A stretch of 64,000 nucleotides of DNA, from contig NW_013547016.1 in NCBI RefSeq assembly GCF_000711695.1, positions 1 through 64,000 on the forward strand, in the 5' to 3' direction. Source of the stretch: Tilletiaria anomala UBC 951 (taxonomy: Eukaryota). Positions 1-12,650 of this stretch are shown here, in pieces. The position numbers and the translations under genes were made by a program. A model generated the notes under the pieces. That model saw only the letters and a list, made by a program, of their open reading frames with translations. It made no database searches and was not told where the DNA came from. Position 1 is the stretch's first letter. Each line of letters starts with the position of its first letter.

Positions 1-979
1 GGAGCTTACAAGTGCAGTCTGTAGTAAGTCGTTAACGGATGGGACCTTGTAGAGAGAGAGTAAACCTGCGGAAAGATGAACTTCTGGTTGAGCACATTTC
101 CTCGGTAAAGGGCGCCTTCGGTTACGCACTTAAACAGGTACGCAGTACCATCAATTCCGGATTCCTAAATCTTAGCACCTTTGTCACAGAGCCCACCAAT
201 GTCAGCTGTCACCCTTCCTTTCGTGCTGACGGAGCATTCGTGGACTCGCGGACGCCGGACGCAAATATCAACTTGTCATCAGCCAGCCATGTGATTCGCT
301 GCAGGCTGGCCAAGGACCGAAACTGGAAGGCCGAGCCACCCGCGCTAGACTTCTTACTGAGAGCTTGGCTGAGATACTGAAACCAGGATACCAGGAAGAT
401 TTTCCTGAAGACACACGGGACAACGAAACGAGTCACCAAGTTCTCCTGCTTGACGTGCGTTGTTGCTTATCAACTGCACCCGCCTGAAGGGGGTATTATC
501 CTCTTCGATTGCGAAGATAGCGCGCCCTAACTCTTCCGCGAGAGCAACGACATTTGATGCGCATTGCTGCAGTATATTCGTCCGTGTAAGACCTCCTCCT
601 ATCATTCACTTTTCCTAAAGAGAGCGCAGTGTCACCGTGCTGCTAGTGCTAGTCCAAACAACGACCACCTGTCTGTGTAAGTGAAACAACTGCACTCCTT
701 AACCAAGGCGTCACGCATCACCCTTCAGATGTCCGAGCAAAACCACTTTTCGACCCTTGCTTCGGATGTGGGACAACATTTGATACCACGGTCACAGTTC
801 CAAACACTTAATGAAGCTTAGATGGCGTGAGAGGATACCCAATTAACGGCCACTTGCAGATATAGGCAGCAGCTTTGGGACCTTCCTCTAAGACATCTGA
901 ATGGGTGCATACAAGGACAAATACGTGTTTTAGAGACCAAAGACGCAGTGCGTTGTTTAACGCTCCACTTGATTCAGCA

Positions 980-2512
980 ATGCCATCTTCCAATCTGGCG
1001 GGTTGCCTTAGCGGATTCCCGCTTTGAACCTCCTGTAAAGTTCGGTCTAGAGACCACGCTTTTAGGACTTCGTGCTTCGTTCCAAAGCCTGCATATCCTC
1101 GTTGATGCACGGTAAGCACATCTTGCCATACATTTTGCTTTGACACCTGGGGGACTGCAACGTTGCGCTTGCTTTCGATAAAAGCTTATGAATGAGACTC
1201 TCTTTACGTCACGTTGCCAGCATCCGTCTTTTGCTCGAGCGCATCAACCTCAACCTCGCTGGCCTCAGCCACGTCAAGCATGTGTTGATCTCTGTCGACT
1301 GGGGTTGAGATTCAGGTAACGTACACGATTGAGAGTTCTTTGGCAAGCCCGAAGATAGGTACTTTGTAATCGCAGCCTGAAACCCTAGAGGCTCCTGCAA
1401 GCAAAGGCTGATATCTGATGAGCAGGCGGCTCTGGCCGAAAAGTTTAGTGAAGAGGAATGGGAAGAGTTCATGCAAAGTGAAGACCTTATGCATTGGGGT
1501 GATTAGCTGAATGAAGGAGAGGACGCGCTGCTCAAGAGCATCGCCGATTGCCGGAGAAAGCTGGAGTCGTTAATTGAGGAAATGACTAATCTCACTACTT
1601 TTGCTTGGAGACAGAGATCATACCGACGACCGAACGAACGTGCCGAGTGCTTGGACGGGCCACACATCTTCAGTTACTGTACATGGGCCTTCAAGAGGAA
1701 TCCTTCTGCATGAGTGAGAAAGGGCGTGGATTATGCTCGTTTGCGGGCTGACTATACTTGTCGACCACACAGCACTATCACAGAGTCACCTCTAGCTCAT
1801 TTTTGAAGAGCGAGATCGACCGCTCGGATTCCTGTCTATGGAAGTCGAGAGCTGTCCGTTTCCAGACGCCATCAAGGCCTCAGAGCAATATCTGGTATCC
1901 GGCGCGCCGAGCGAGATCGGTAAGCCCCTTATCGTATGTAAAGAGCAAGCAGACAGGCTGAGTATCCTCGATCCAGGTCAATATCTTCGGTACGAGGACT
2001 CTGGTGATGGACCAGAGGAGGACTCGCACTTTGTGGGAGTGCCCATGGCGACGCTGTATCGAACTTGATGACAAGTTGCGGAAAACTGGTGTGCTTTCAA
2101 TTGTGGCATTAGTAGGCATGGACGCTTGCAGAGCTTCTGCCGATCTGGGCCCAGACTGCGACGCAAGGGTGGGACTCTGGTCGGGTCTTGGTGCCATATA
2201 CATGCGTACCAAAAGTGCTTGCGCGCCGTCAAGAGTCTTCAAGGCGCGTTGGAGGAGCTCGTTTCCGATGCAGCCGCAGCCGAAGTTAGTTCCATCCCAT
2301 CAGGCTTGGAATCGCCGTTCCCCATACAGGAACACCTCCAGGTCTTCGAATTGCAATTGTGTGCCGACAAGATTCTCCAACAAGTGTGGGGCTTTGCAAG
2401 GCAAGCGGGACTCGAGTTGGATCGGTCTTTGCCTCGCTTCATGAATGGCCCACTGTTATATCAGCTGCTCGTCGTGCACGGGTGGGGAAGGATGCAGGAT
2501 GCAGAACCCTAG
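980..2512 (+). pseudogene. Probable decayed F-box / leucine-rich-repeat-like gene
   Basis: Reading through stops from ~1210 gives protein-like text: HVASIRLLLERINLNLAGLSHVKHVLISVDWG*...EEEWEEFMQSEDLMHWGD*LNEGEDALLKSIADCRRKLESLIEEMTNLTTFAW (3 TGA and 1 TAG in frame). There is a frameshifted F-box-like start at ATG 980 (MPSSNLAGCLSGFPL/...LLGLRASFQSLHILV) and further frameshifted pieces at 1838-2512. The family assignment is inference. Confidence 0.45.
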
Positions 2513-2828
2513 GATAGAGCGTTCCAAGACTTTGTTTAGGCAGCACCATTCACAATTCGCATCTCAGTAAAGGATAGCGTATTCATGTGTACGACTATTT
2601 GATGTACCGCAAAGCCTTGCGTGGCTTTGGCGAGCGCATGTCCAACGCGCGACGCAACCCTAAGAGAGCACCCCAAGTCGCTTAAGTAAGCAGTAATTAT
2701 GAAGCAGCGGACGCAAGGTTAGAACGCAATGGAAACGATCTGTATAGGAATTACATTGAACAACCTCAAGACCACCCCTCACTACACATTGACATTGATG
2801 TGGCCAGAAAACGACGCGCGGGCTTCTC

Positions 2829-5800
2829 TCACGAAGAGAACGTGCATGCCGCGTTGCTGAGGACGATACTGCCGGACTCCTTAACTTTGCTTTGGAATAT
2901 GACCTTGTTCCCCTCCTTCCACATCTCCGTGACGAGCGTCTGCCCGGGTAGGACTGTGGACGCGAAGCGGACTTTGATGCTGCTGAACGCGCCGTACTTC
3001 TGGAACACGTGCTTTCCACTGATGCCAAAGAAGCAGAGCCCGTGCAGGATCGGCCTCTCGAAGCCACCGACCTTGCTGAACTCGGGGTCGATGTGCAACG
3101 GGTTGTAGTCGCCGCTGAGCCGGTACAGCGCCGCCTGGTCCTCGCTAGTCTTCTCCTCGATGACTGCGTCGGGCTTTCGGGTGGGTGGCTTGTTGAGTGC
3201 TGTGGCGTCTCCGCGATCCTTACCGTTCTTCTTTCCGCCAAAGCCTCCGGCGCCGCGGATGAAAACGGTGCTCTGGTTCTCAAAGATGACATCACCGCTC
3301 TCCTTATCGACGGTGTGCGTGACCGTTGTGACGGCGGCGGCCTTGCCCTTGTCGAGCACCTCGAGTAGGCGCGGCTTGTTGACGAGCGTGGCGGACGTGG
3401 GGATAGGTTTCTTGATCGCAAGGTACTGCTCGCCGTGCAGGAGCATCATTGGCGAGAAGTTGGGGAGCCAGTCGAGCGGGATCGATGAGCTGGCTGCAAA
3501 TTGCGGGATGACGCCAAAAGTGGGAAGTGCATGGAAGTCGTCGGCCTGTTCGTACGTCAAGTTGAGGTCGGTCGCTTTGGCGCCGAGGCCGAGGTTGTAA
3601 AGGATGACGTCGCGCTCCGAGTAGGCAAACTCGGTCGACTCGACCTTTTGCTTCTTGGCCTCCTTGACAATGGCCGGGTCCTCGGGGTCGATGTGGTCTC
3701 CATCATCGTCACCATCATCGTCACCCTCACCCTCCTGGCCAATGTTAGCCATGACCTGCTGCATAGCCTCCTGGTTGTCCTGGGGCCACGAGGCGCGCTC
3801 GGAGTCAAAGTCTAAGATCCTTCCGATCTTCCTCTGCACCGCCTCTGGCTGCGGGATCTTGGCGTGACTGAAAGCATGCCCGCCAGAGCGCTGCCAGCGC
3901 ACGGCGGCGACCCAGCCGCCGGAGACCTCGAAAAGTTGTTTGCTCACCTCCGTGTTAGCCTCAGATGCGAGGAAGCCGACGACGGGCGCGACAAAGTCCG
4001 GTTTGAACGCGTCCACCATCTCCTGCGGCCAAATGGTTGCGGTCATGGCCGTGCCAGCGTTGGGCGCGATGGTGTTGGCGAGGATATTATACTTTTTCCC
4101 CTCGATCGCGAGCGTCTGCGTTAGGCCGAGGATAGCGCCCTTAGCTGCTGAGTAGTTGGCCTGGCCAAAGTTTCCGTAGATGCCAACGGCGGAGGTCGTG
4201 TTGACGATTCTGCCGTACTTTTGCTGCAGGAAGATGGGCCAGGCAGCTTTGCACACTGCGTACGTTCCGCGTAAGTGTACCTTGACGACCGCGTGCCAGT
4301 CGTCGTCGTTCATGCTGGCGAACGACTTGTCGCGCAGGATGCCGGCGTTGTTGATGATGACGTGCAGCCCGCCGTACGCGTCGGTCGCCGCCTTGACGAT
4401 CTTGGCACCATCCTCGACGGAGCCGATTGCGGGCGCAGCCTTTCCGCCGGCCTTTTTGATCTCCTCCACGACAGCCGCTGCGGCTTTCTCGGAAAAGTCA
4501 TTGACAACGACGTTGGCGCCGAGCTTGGCGAACATGAGCGCGTATGCCTTTCCGAGGCCGGCGCCGGCGCCGGTGACGAGCACAGTCTTGCCGTCATAAC
4601 GGACCTTAACATCGCCCTGGTCGTTGGCCTTGGCGCCTTTGGCGCGCTCGAGGAACTCAAGATGGTTGGCATCAGTAAGCTTCTCGGGGTACTGGGGGTC
4701 ATTCTCAAAGTTGAGGATCTCATCGATACGCGCGCGCACTGCTGATGGAGTGAATGTGTCGTCGGCGCGGAAGACGGCGCCCTTGGAGCGCTCGCGGCGC
4801 AGGCCGGCCATGAAGCCGGCACCGGCCTCGACGAGCTGGCCGGTGACGTCCTTGTTGGCTGCTGAGACGAGGTAAGCGACAAGCGGCGAGACAAATTCGG
4901 GCTTGAGCTGCTCAAGCACTTCGGGAGGCATGATCGTCGCGAGCATCTGCGACGCAGCGATCGGTGCGACTGTGTTGGCGATGATGTTGTACTTTGCTCC
5001 CTCGATGGCGAGCGTCTTCGAGAAAGAGTTCATGGCCAGCTTGGCAGCCGAGTAGTTGGCCTGACCAAAGTTGCCGTAGATGCCGGCAGCGGAAGAAATG
5101 TTAATGATGCGGCCGTACTGAAGAGAAGGAGCGACGAGTCAGCCACGCCTCTCTCGCGCTCTCCTACGTAATAGAATGAAGTTCAGTCCCTCACCTTCTG
5201 CTTCCTCATGTATGGCCAAGCTGCATGGGCGATTGCGTAGGAGCCGGTGATATGCACAGCGACGATGGCGTCAAACTCTGCGTCGGTCATGCTCTTGAAG
5301 GACTTGTCGCGGAGGATGCCGGCATTGTTGATGACAATGTCGATGCGGCCCCACGTGTCGATGGCCTGCTTGACCAACTTGTGGCCTTCGACATTAGAAT
5401 CGTAGTTGGCGACAGCCTCACCGCCAGCCTTCTTGATCTCTTCAACGACGACATCGGCTGCCTTCCGCGACTTGTCGGTCATGCTGGGGCCCAAGTCGTT
5501 GACGAGGACCTTGCAGCCGCGCTGGGCAAGCATGATGGCGTATCTGTAGGGCAAGCAAAAAGATGGGTCAGTGGACCGGTTCTATTTTTCCATAGAGCTG
5601 CAGAATAAATTTGGAAGCGAGTGCGAAGAGTCTGGGCCACCGAGCCTGAAAAGCTATGCAATGCGAAGGGAGCCAGAAGCTCGGCTTGCCATTTTGCTGA
5701 AGCCCCTTTTCCCCAAAAGAATTGAAGCGAATGCAGCCCTGCACGCAGAAGCAAGCTGAAATCCGGTGCGATGGCAAGCAATCAAGAAGCGCGTCTGAAT

Positions 5801-5955
5801 GGCTCCACGCTGCGCTGCGCGCAGAGTCTGCATAAATGCAGGAGTTCACTTGCAAACACTCACGCTCGTCCAAGACCATTGCCGGCGCCGGACACGATGG
5901 CGGTCCTCCCCTTGAAGGAGATCTTGCCGTTCTCTATCTCTGGAAATTCAGACAT
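2829..5955 (-). CDS. FOX2: Peroxisomal multifunctional beta-oxidation enzyme (two SDR 3-hydroxyacyl-CoA dehydrogenase domains plus enoyl-CoA hydratase 2)
   Basis: Exons 5955-5864, 5543-5195 and 5117-2829, joined by GT-AG introns. Two SDR domains (SGAGNGLG / TGAGAGLG, NNAGILRD, GNFGQANYSAAK) and the hydratase-2 motif YRLSGDYNPLHIDP...ILHGLC. Confidence 0.97.
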
Positions 5956-6156
5956 GGTGCCTGGGGGGAAAGGGGGATACGTCGGTCAAGCGGTGGTGGG
6001 GGTCTGCAAGGCGGAGGGGTGTGTGTTGCAACAACAACGGCCAGCGAGCGAGCTGAGGGGACCTGAACAACAGCGGCTCAAGGCTCCCGGGTGGGGGGTA
6101 TTGCTGTCCTGAGGGCGTAACAAGGCTTTGCCTATCTGTGGGTGAATGGGATGGGG

Positions 6157-6220
6157 TGGAAAGGAAGGAAGGAGGGAAGGAAGGAGGGAAGGAGGGAAGA
6201 AAGAAAGGATGGATGGAAGC
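6157..6220. repeat. GA-rich (GGAA/GGGA)n simple repeat upstream of FOX2
   Basis: ggaaaggaaggaaggagggaaggaaggagggaaggagggaagaaagaaaggatggatggaag; a pyrimidine tract on the FOX2 sense strand. Confidence 0.85.
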
Positions 6221-9200
6221 AATTGAGGATGAGGATGGTCATGCGGGGGGGATGGGAGGGCCATCGCAACCAACACCGGATGAAAGAGGCAACAATGCCA
6301 TCGGTAGGATATACGGCATGAGAGCAGTCTTCTGGCTGTGTCGAGCCAAAGTCGCCACCGGCTCACCGGGTATGTAGTTGGTTGGTTATTGGCAGGCCCG
6401 CGCGCACGCTCGCACCAGCCCGCCATCCCCGCCTCGGCGCTCGGGCCTACTCATCCGTCCGCTGTGCCGCGCTGCGCTGCGCTACGTCCCGTCCCCATCT
6501 CCAGCCTCACCTCGGCGACTGGACTTACACAGGGCGGGCGTGAAAGAGAGGACAAGAAGGCACTGCATACCAGCTTTCGGCCGAGAGATTCATTGCTTTA
6601 TCGGCCGGGAGACTGGCCCTCAATTACGTCTGACGAAAAGCGCCTCGTCGCATCGTCATCGCAGCCAAGCACATCCGCCCCTTCGCCAATCTCGTATTCA
6701 TGCAGCGGCTCGTCGTTGACGCCTTCGTTATCGTCTTCTTCGGTACTATCCTCCTTGCGCATCAAGGAGTCAGCAGTAGGCGCTATGACTGGAACTGGGC
6801 TGGAGCTGGAGCTGGCTGCACGACTTGCCACCGAGTCGCGCCGTTGGCTCATCACTATGAAGGCGTTCGACGGGCAGGGCGTACACCTCGGCCGCTTCTG
6901 GACCCCAGGTCTCGAAAAGCGGTATAGACTTGGAACTACTACGTCGCGGATGACCTTGGTGATTCTTCATTTCTTTGCTGCGTCCCTGTCTCTGATGGGG
7001 AATCGGCAGTCCACATTGACATCGCAGTTGCCCATGCCTCCTAAGCTACGGGCTTCATGATCACGGCTACTCTGTACATATTCTGATTCCCTTCGATCAT
7101 CAGTGTTAATCAATCTCCCATTACCGACACGAAGTTTCATGGTGCTAAGAATCCGATGCTTGTGGCTCCAGGCTCGAAATTCGGTTGTGAGCGATGCGGG
7201 ACTGACGAGGATTCTGATTGGCCTCGATTGATTAAGAGGACTGGAATCGGCGCACTGAATAGAGGCAGATCAAGGGCTTCCTTCCTGCCATTGTCACTAT
7301 CACCGTCGTCTATAATACACCAATCAAGAGACGCAAAGGAATCGAGAGACCCCGTCATCAGCTCTCTGCGCAGGTTGCGGTTGATCGGTTCAACAAATCG
7401 GTCCATCTCCTGAGCTAGAGGGGTACTGGGCAAAGATAGAAATGTGACCGTCCGACAAGGATGCGTCACGGGTCCGCATGGCGGCGCCGCTTGAACCGAG
7501 CTCTAGGATGGGGACTGCTTGAGCCGTCATTGCAAGAGCGAGGATCGGTGTGGGTGACGGTTGAAAGCTTTATGGTGAAAAACTGTCTGCTTGAATTATC
7601 GACGGTATTTCAGAATGTGAAGCCATGATGCACGTGGGATGAGGATAGGTTCGGAAAATGGCTGTGGGATTTGTTCTGTACAGCAGACGAGTGCGAATGC
7701 CAAGACGAGCAGGATATGAGTAACTTCTGTTTCTGGCCAGCAGTGTCAGCGACGACATTGAGACGCTCTGAGAAAAGAAGACACGAGAGGTGGGAGAAAT
7801 CCGGTTGACAACACATCCATTGATATCCAGCCTCAATCCATATTCGGTCAGATGCCCCCTTATGTTCATGAATTCTTTAATGCAGAAGACGACACTCTGG
7901 TTCACCCACTTGCCACCTCTGAAGGAATGGAAGTGACTCTCTGGCCCGCCTCGTGGGTTCAGCCAGCTTCGAAGTTCGCAAGCCCCCCCCTCTCTGATGG
8001 AGCGCGCCCAGCTTATTCCTGCTCATGTGCTTGTGTCTCTATGCTTCGGGCCTTCTCCAACCCTTGGACAATGAGCATGATCGAAAGGCAACGCCAAGGC
8101 AATGTGTTGGCGAAAGCCGTGCATCATTTGGCTCACTCCTCGCAGGTCGCAGCTCCTCGCGCTCATCTGCTCTTTTGTTTCTGCTCATTTGGCCCAAAGG
8201 GCAACTATTTACGTGGCTGATTGTTTCCACCCGCGGCCAGAAGCTGCGGGGATGCGATTGGCCTTTCGGCATATCTTGCTTGCTGATGCATGTTCGTCCC
8301 TCTACTCGCTGATCAGTACCTCGTAGAATGCTTGCATGCAAGCGTCGATTTTTCGTGTTCAGCCACATATTACGATCCGCAATTGATTTGGGTCCAGAAT
8401 AAAACTGTCGTCCGAACTCGAAACGTGATTGATGACGAACCGAGGAGTCTCAAAGAAGAAGACACCTAACACACCCACCTCTTCTCGTGCGAGGGTCTTT
8501 TATTTGTTCGTATTCACATTGTACTAACTCCTCTCGAAGATCCAGAAGGCTCGCAGGTAGGCAGATAGTGGGCTGTCAGGTTGGATTTCGAAGCTGGTTT
8601 ACCGGACGGAACGGTTTTATTGTCGAGAACTTGCTTGAGAGAAAAGAGGGCATAGAACGGAATATGCGCCTTCCAATTTTAGGATCGCCTCCTCAGTTCT
8701 CATGACGCATAGATATTTACCTTGCTCATGTACAGTGGGTGTCCTTTGGTACCTCGGTCCCTCACGGTCCTCCAATGCTTTTATTGTTGGACCAGCAGAT
8801 GCTAGGAGACCTGCGAACCATATCCACTCCACAGCCGTTGCTAATACCGATGCTTGAGGTGCGCTACAGGATGGGGGCGGCTTTAGCCGTCATGAAAAGG
8901 GTAAAAAGCGTGATTGCAGCGAGTGAAACCTTTATAATAAGCGTTTCTTATTGACAAATTACTGAAAGTACTGATGCTTTAAATTAGAAGAAGGGGTCAA
9001 GACAAGTTCTGTCCTGCATATGGGCGAAGGATGTAGACGAAAAGAGTGAAATGAACAGTTTTTGTCTGGCTGCGAGAGTCAATTAGGAAGCACAAAGAAG
9101 CTGAGAGATAGAAACTTCTGGGGAAAGGAGACGAAAAGAATTCGGCCATTCCTTCGTTGCTCGCCCGATTCATATACAAGTTCCATCGCATACTTTCTCG

Positions 9201-10300
9201 GTGTCGGAAGAACTCGCTTGTGTTGCTGGGTCTCCTTCTGACCTCAATGAAAGGCGAAGGACACTCGGCTAATACTTTTCATCTTGAATGTCATCAAGAG
9301 CAGGTACTGGTACCAACGTCCCCCTTCCATGTCGGAGGTGCTCTCCGTCTTCTTCCGTTGAGGAACCACCGTGGGTCCGCTGATCATTGCAAAGGTGCGC
9401 GAGGGACGCGCGGTCCGCACGGTGTCGAGCTAGCATGATCGATGTATGTTGGAGAGTTTTTTCCCTCTACTGAATTCTTGGAAATTCAACAAGCGTATAT
9501 GCCATCATCTCCACATTCGCCTCCTCTCCATGGTATCGACATCTATGGATGAAGTTCAACTTCGCATGTCAACAGTGTCAGCTCCATCTAAGGCTCCAAG
9601 AGATGTTCGATCACATTCTACTGCATTACCAGCTATAATCGCTTTCATCCGCTTCGCTCAAAAATCGATCTACATCGCAAGCGAGGGGAGGAGGGCATGT
9701 ATAGCTAAAAGTAACCCAAGTCTCGCAAGGTCCAGCATCAAGAAATTCATGGGTATCGGATCTCAGCAGGCACCAAGCGCCAGATCTCATACTCATACGG
9801 CAAGCAGAATTGTTTATACACCCGCAGCAGAGCCGCGGTCCGCCGAGGAACGCCAAGAGGATCGATATCTGGGAATTCGAACACGTGAGCCACGATTGCG
9901 CCGCGCACAAACTGCCCGCGCTTCAAGGATTTTGCGGGGTTTGATTGGGAAAGTCTTCGTTAGAGATGCAAGCTTGGGACAGAGATCTGGGTCGTGGCAA
10001 GCAACTGTCCTGCCCTTCCCGTGCTCCCGCTGCGCCACCTCCAGGCCCGAAATGGCTTCACCTGACACACGAACATTGCATCTTCAATGTGTCCCTGTAC
10101 CGTTCCTTCGCCAAAGATCGAAAGGTTTGACACAAAAGCTCAGACCTTTCGTAACTTCAACAAGCATATGCCTTGTGTTCAAAACAGAATAGGTGTCTGA
10201 GTTCGGCTGAAAAGCGAGCGCTTGCGAAATGAAGATCGGACACCATATACTGGGGTATCGCAAGTCCAAAGCTCCACAAGCGTGAGGCTTCCTGCCATCT

Positions 10301-12650
10301 TTATCGCAAGATATCCAACCAGTGCTCCCGCGGCGTCCACGATCCGTCCTCTTTGAAGCGTGGGTTTAGCGGGTACCACAATCCATTGTGCGGCGTCTGT
10401 CCGATCGGGACTTTGTGGTTGCCAGCAAGGAGGAGGCAAAGTCAGAATTGTAGCCCCAACGCTCGAGCATGCAACGACGCTGCGAGCTGCAACACTCACA
10501 GAGCCACTGCATCAGATTGGTGCCCATGACCTCTTTAAAGTTGGTCAGCCAGGCTCCCCTTCCCGCTACCCCCATTTCTTTGGCCGTGGTTTCTGTCAGC
10601 AGATACGTTTCGGATGTATTCGAGCCACCTTCCGCTGCGGCTGTAGCGAGCGCAAGCTCGCCCGGCCCACCGAGCCACCACATGTTGCCCTGCGTGCTCG
10701 GAGTCCCCCACGCCTCGTCCCACTTCCTCTTGATCTTCTGCTTCTCCTTAAACTTCCACAATGACGCCTTCCGCGCGCCTTTGCGGCGTGCCAGTTCGGC
10801 GCCACCTTCGCCCTTGGGCGAAAAGTACATGGAGAGCATGATCGCCTCGCGCGAGTCGCGTCGCTGCTTGTCAAGCTGCTCAATCGTCGTTTGATTCGTG
10901 AGAAAGAGGTAGGTGTGCAGGCCAAGCAGCGTGCCTGTGAAGATGACGAACCAACCAATGAGAGGGAACAAGCTGATCATGTATCCGTCGATGGGCCACG
11001 TATCCCGCCGCTGCATGCCCTGTGCAAAGTGGTAGGCGAGCGTAATGAGGATGTACACCTCGAGCAGGGTCGTCCAGACGAGAAAATTGTGGAAAAACTT
11101 GTGGTTGCGTGCGCCGACGCAGCCGGCGACCCAGGTGCAATGGTGGTCCATGCGCAGCACGCATGTTCCGCATTTACGACAGTGATGCGTCCGCAGCGGC
11201 TTGATGATTCTGCACTGGTGGCAGTACCGCTGTGATGGATGGAGCGGCGGGATATCAGGCGGGATGCGCACCGGCTCAGGCAAGAGCTGAGGAGCGGGGT
11301 TCTGGTTGTTCAGTACAGTCGTCTGCTGCGGTTGTGATGCAGCAATACTTGACTGCACAGTAGCTGCTTGGGTTGATGTGGGGTTCTGCCCAAAGTTTTG
11401 CACCTCGTACTTCACCTGCGGCGCTTCTTTGTCTGCGCTGACAACGGCTACTCCAGTAGAGTCAATGGTAGCAGCCAGCGCAGACTCCGTGGCTCTTTCT
11501 TCATCCTTTTCACTTTCATTTGCGACAGCAATTCGCGCGCCGTGGGCTGATTGCGGTGCTGGCTGCGGCGCTAGTGCTGAATGCTCAATGGGAATGGACT
11601 CACTCAGCGGCTCTTGAGGACCGCTGCTTTGGGGTGCCTCTTGAATAGCCGTCGTCGCTCTGGGGCCATCATATGGTGCAGGTGGGTCAGAAGGCTGCAC
11701 ACAATCACGCGCAAAGCCCGGTTGGGAGAGCACAACTCGGATGTAGGACCAGATCGCCATCAAGAAGAGGATGTTGAAGATGACAAGCAATAACACTGCT
11801 CCAGCATACAAGGCATGGAATACGATGAGTAAAAGCTGTATAAGAACTTTGCGCACTGACGTACCTCCCGCCCCTTGACTGTTCAAGGCCACCTTTCTGT
11901 GCTGCAACATGGGCGCGCATAGGCGCCAAACGTAGACTTGAATTGTGGTCCCAAGTCGATGCGTGATTACTTTGTTAGTATATGACTCCAGGAAAGCAAA
12001 AAGGTAATGAGCCACGGATCTTGAAGCTCACCAATGTACGCCCAAGAGTATATGACAGCGACAAGGACAACAACGATGTGCCGCTGTAGGAACGTCTCTC
12101 CCTTGGTGCCGATCACCCGCCCTTCCTGCCCAGTAGCATGCGCTTGTGGTTGCGCCTGCACATGTGTTGATGCTGCCGCCTGCATATTGATAGGACCCAT
12201 AGCCGATGAGTCCAGCGCCGAAGCCACGTCAGGCATCCCCACCCGAGTGCGTTTTCCAGTGCCGTACTTTCTTCGATCGCGGGAGCGCTCATTGTAAGCT
12301 GCTACCCTGTCATCACAGCGCTTGATGCGTAGTGAACATCGCTCAAAGTAGCTGACGGCGTGATCATTCTCTGCTTGTCTTGCTGTCCCTTGTCCTGGAT
12401 GGGATAATTGACCCTTTTCGAAGACCTGGTGTCCAGCTGAGCCGTTCGCCTGAGGGACGGAATTCGACGGGTCCATCCTCAGATCTTTCGCCTCTGACCC
12501 ATCGCCTTGGCTTCCAGCGGCAGCAGTCAATGTGAAAGGTGCCGAGGCCGCCTTACACGCTTGGTCTGCTGCGGTTGTTACTGAGCCGCCACCGGAAGCT
12601 GAGGCTGAACGGGCAGCAACGCCGCGATCAGCTGTGATCTGCGTCGACAT
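10301..12650 (-). CDS. DHHC palmitoyltransferase (Pfa3/Pfa5-like)
   Basis: Cys-rich CHQCRIIKPLRTHHCRKCGTCVLRMDHHCTWVAGCVGARNHKFF, a TTIE motif and four TM segments. Introns at about 12031-11938, 11864-11796 and near 10500-10411. The last exon encodes PIGQTPHNGLWYPLNPRFKEDGSWTPREHWLDILR* (TAA 10303-10301). Confidence 0.93.

Noticed and set aside
1210..1715. Stop-codon reassignment or RNA editing to explain the in-frame stops
   Set aside because: Neighbouring intact genes use TGA, TAG and TAA as normal stops, and the relic also has frameshifts.
9446..10192. 248-aa plus-strand ORF
   Set aside because: No recognisable domain, atypical composition, and located in a degenerate region.
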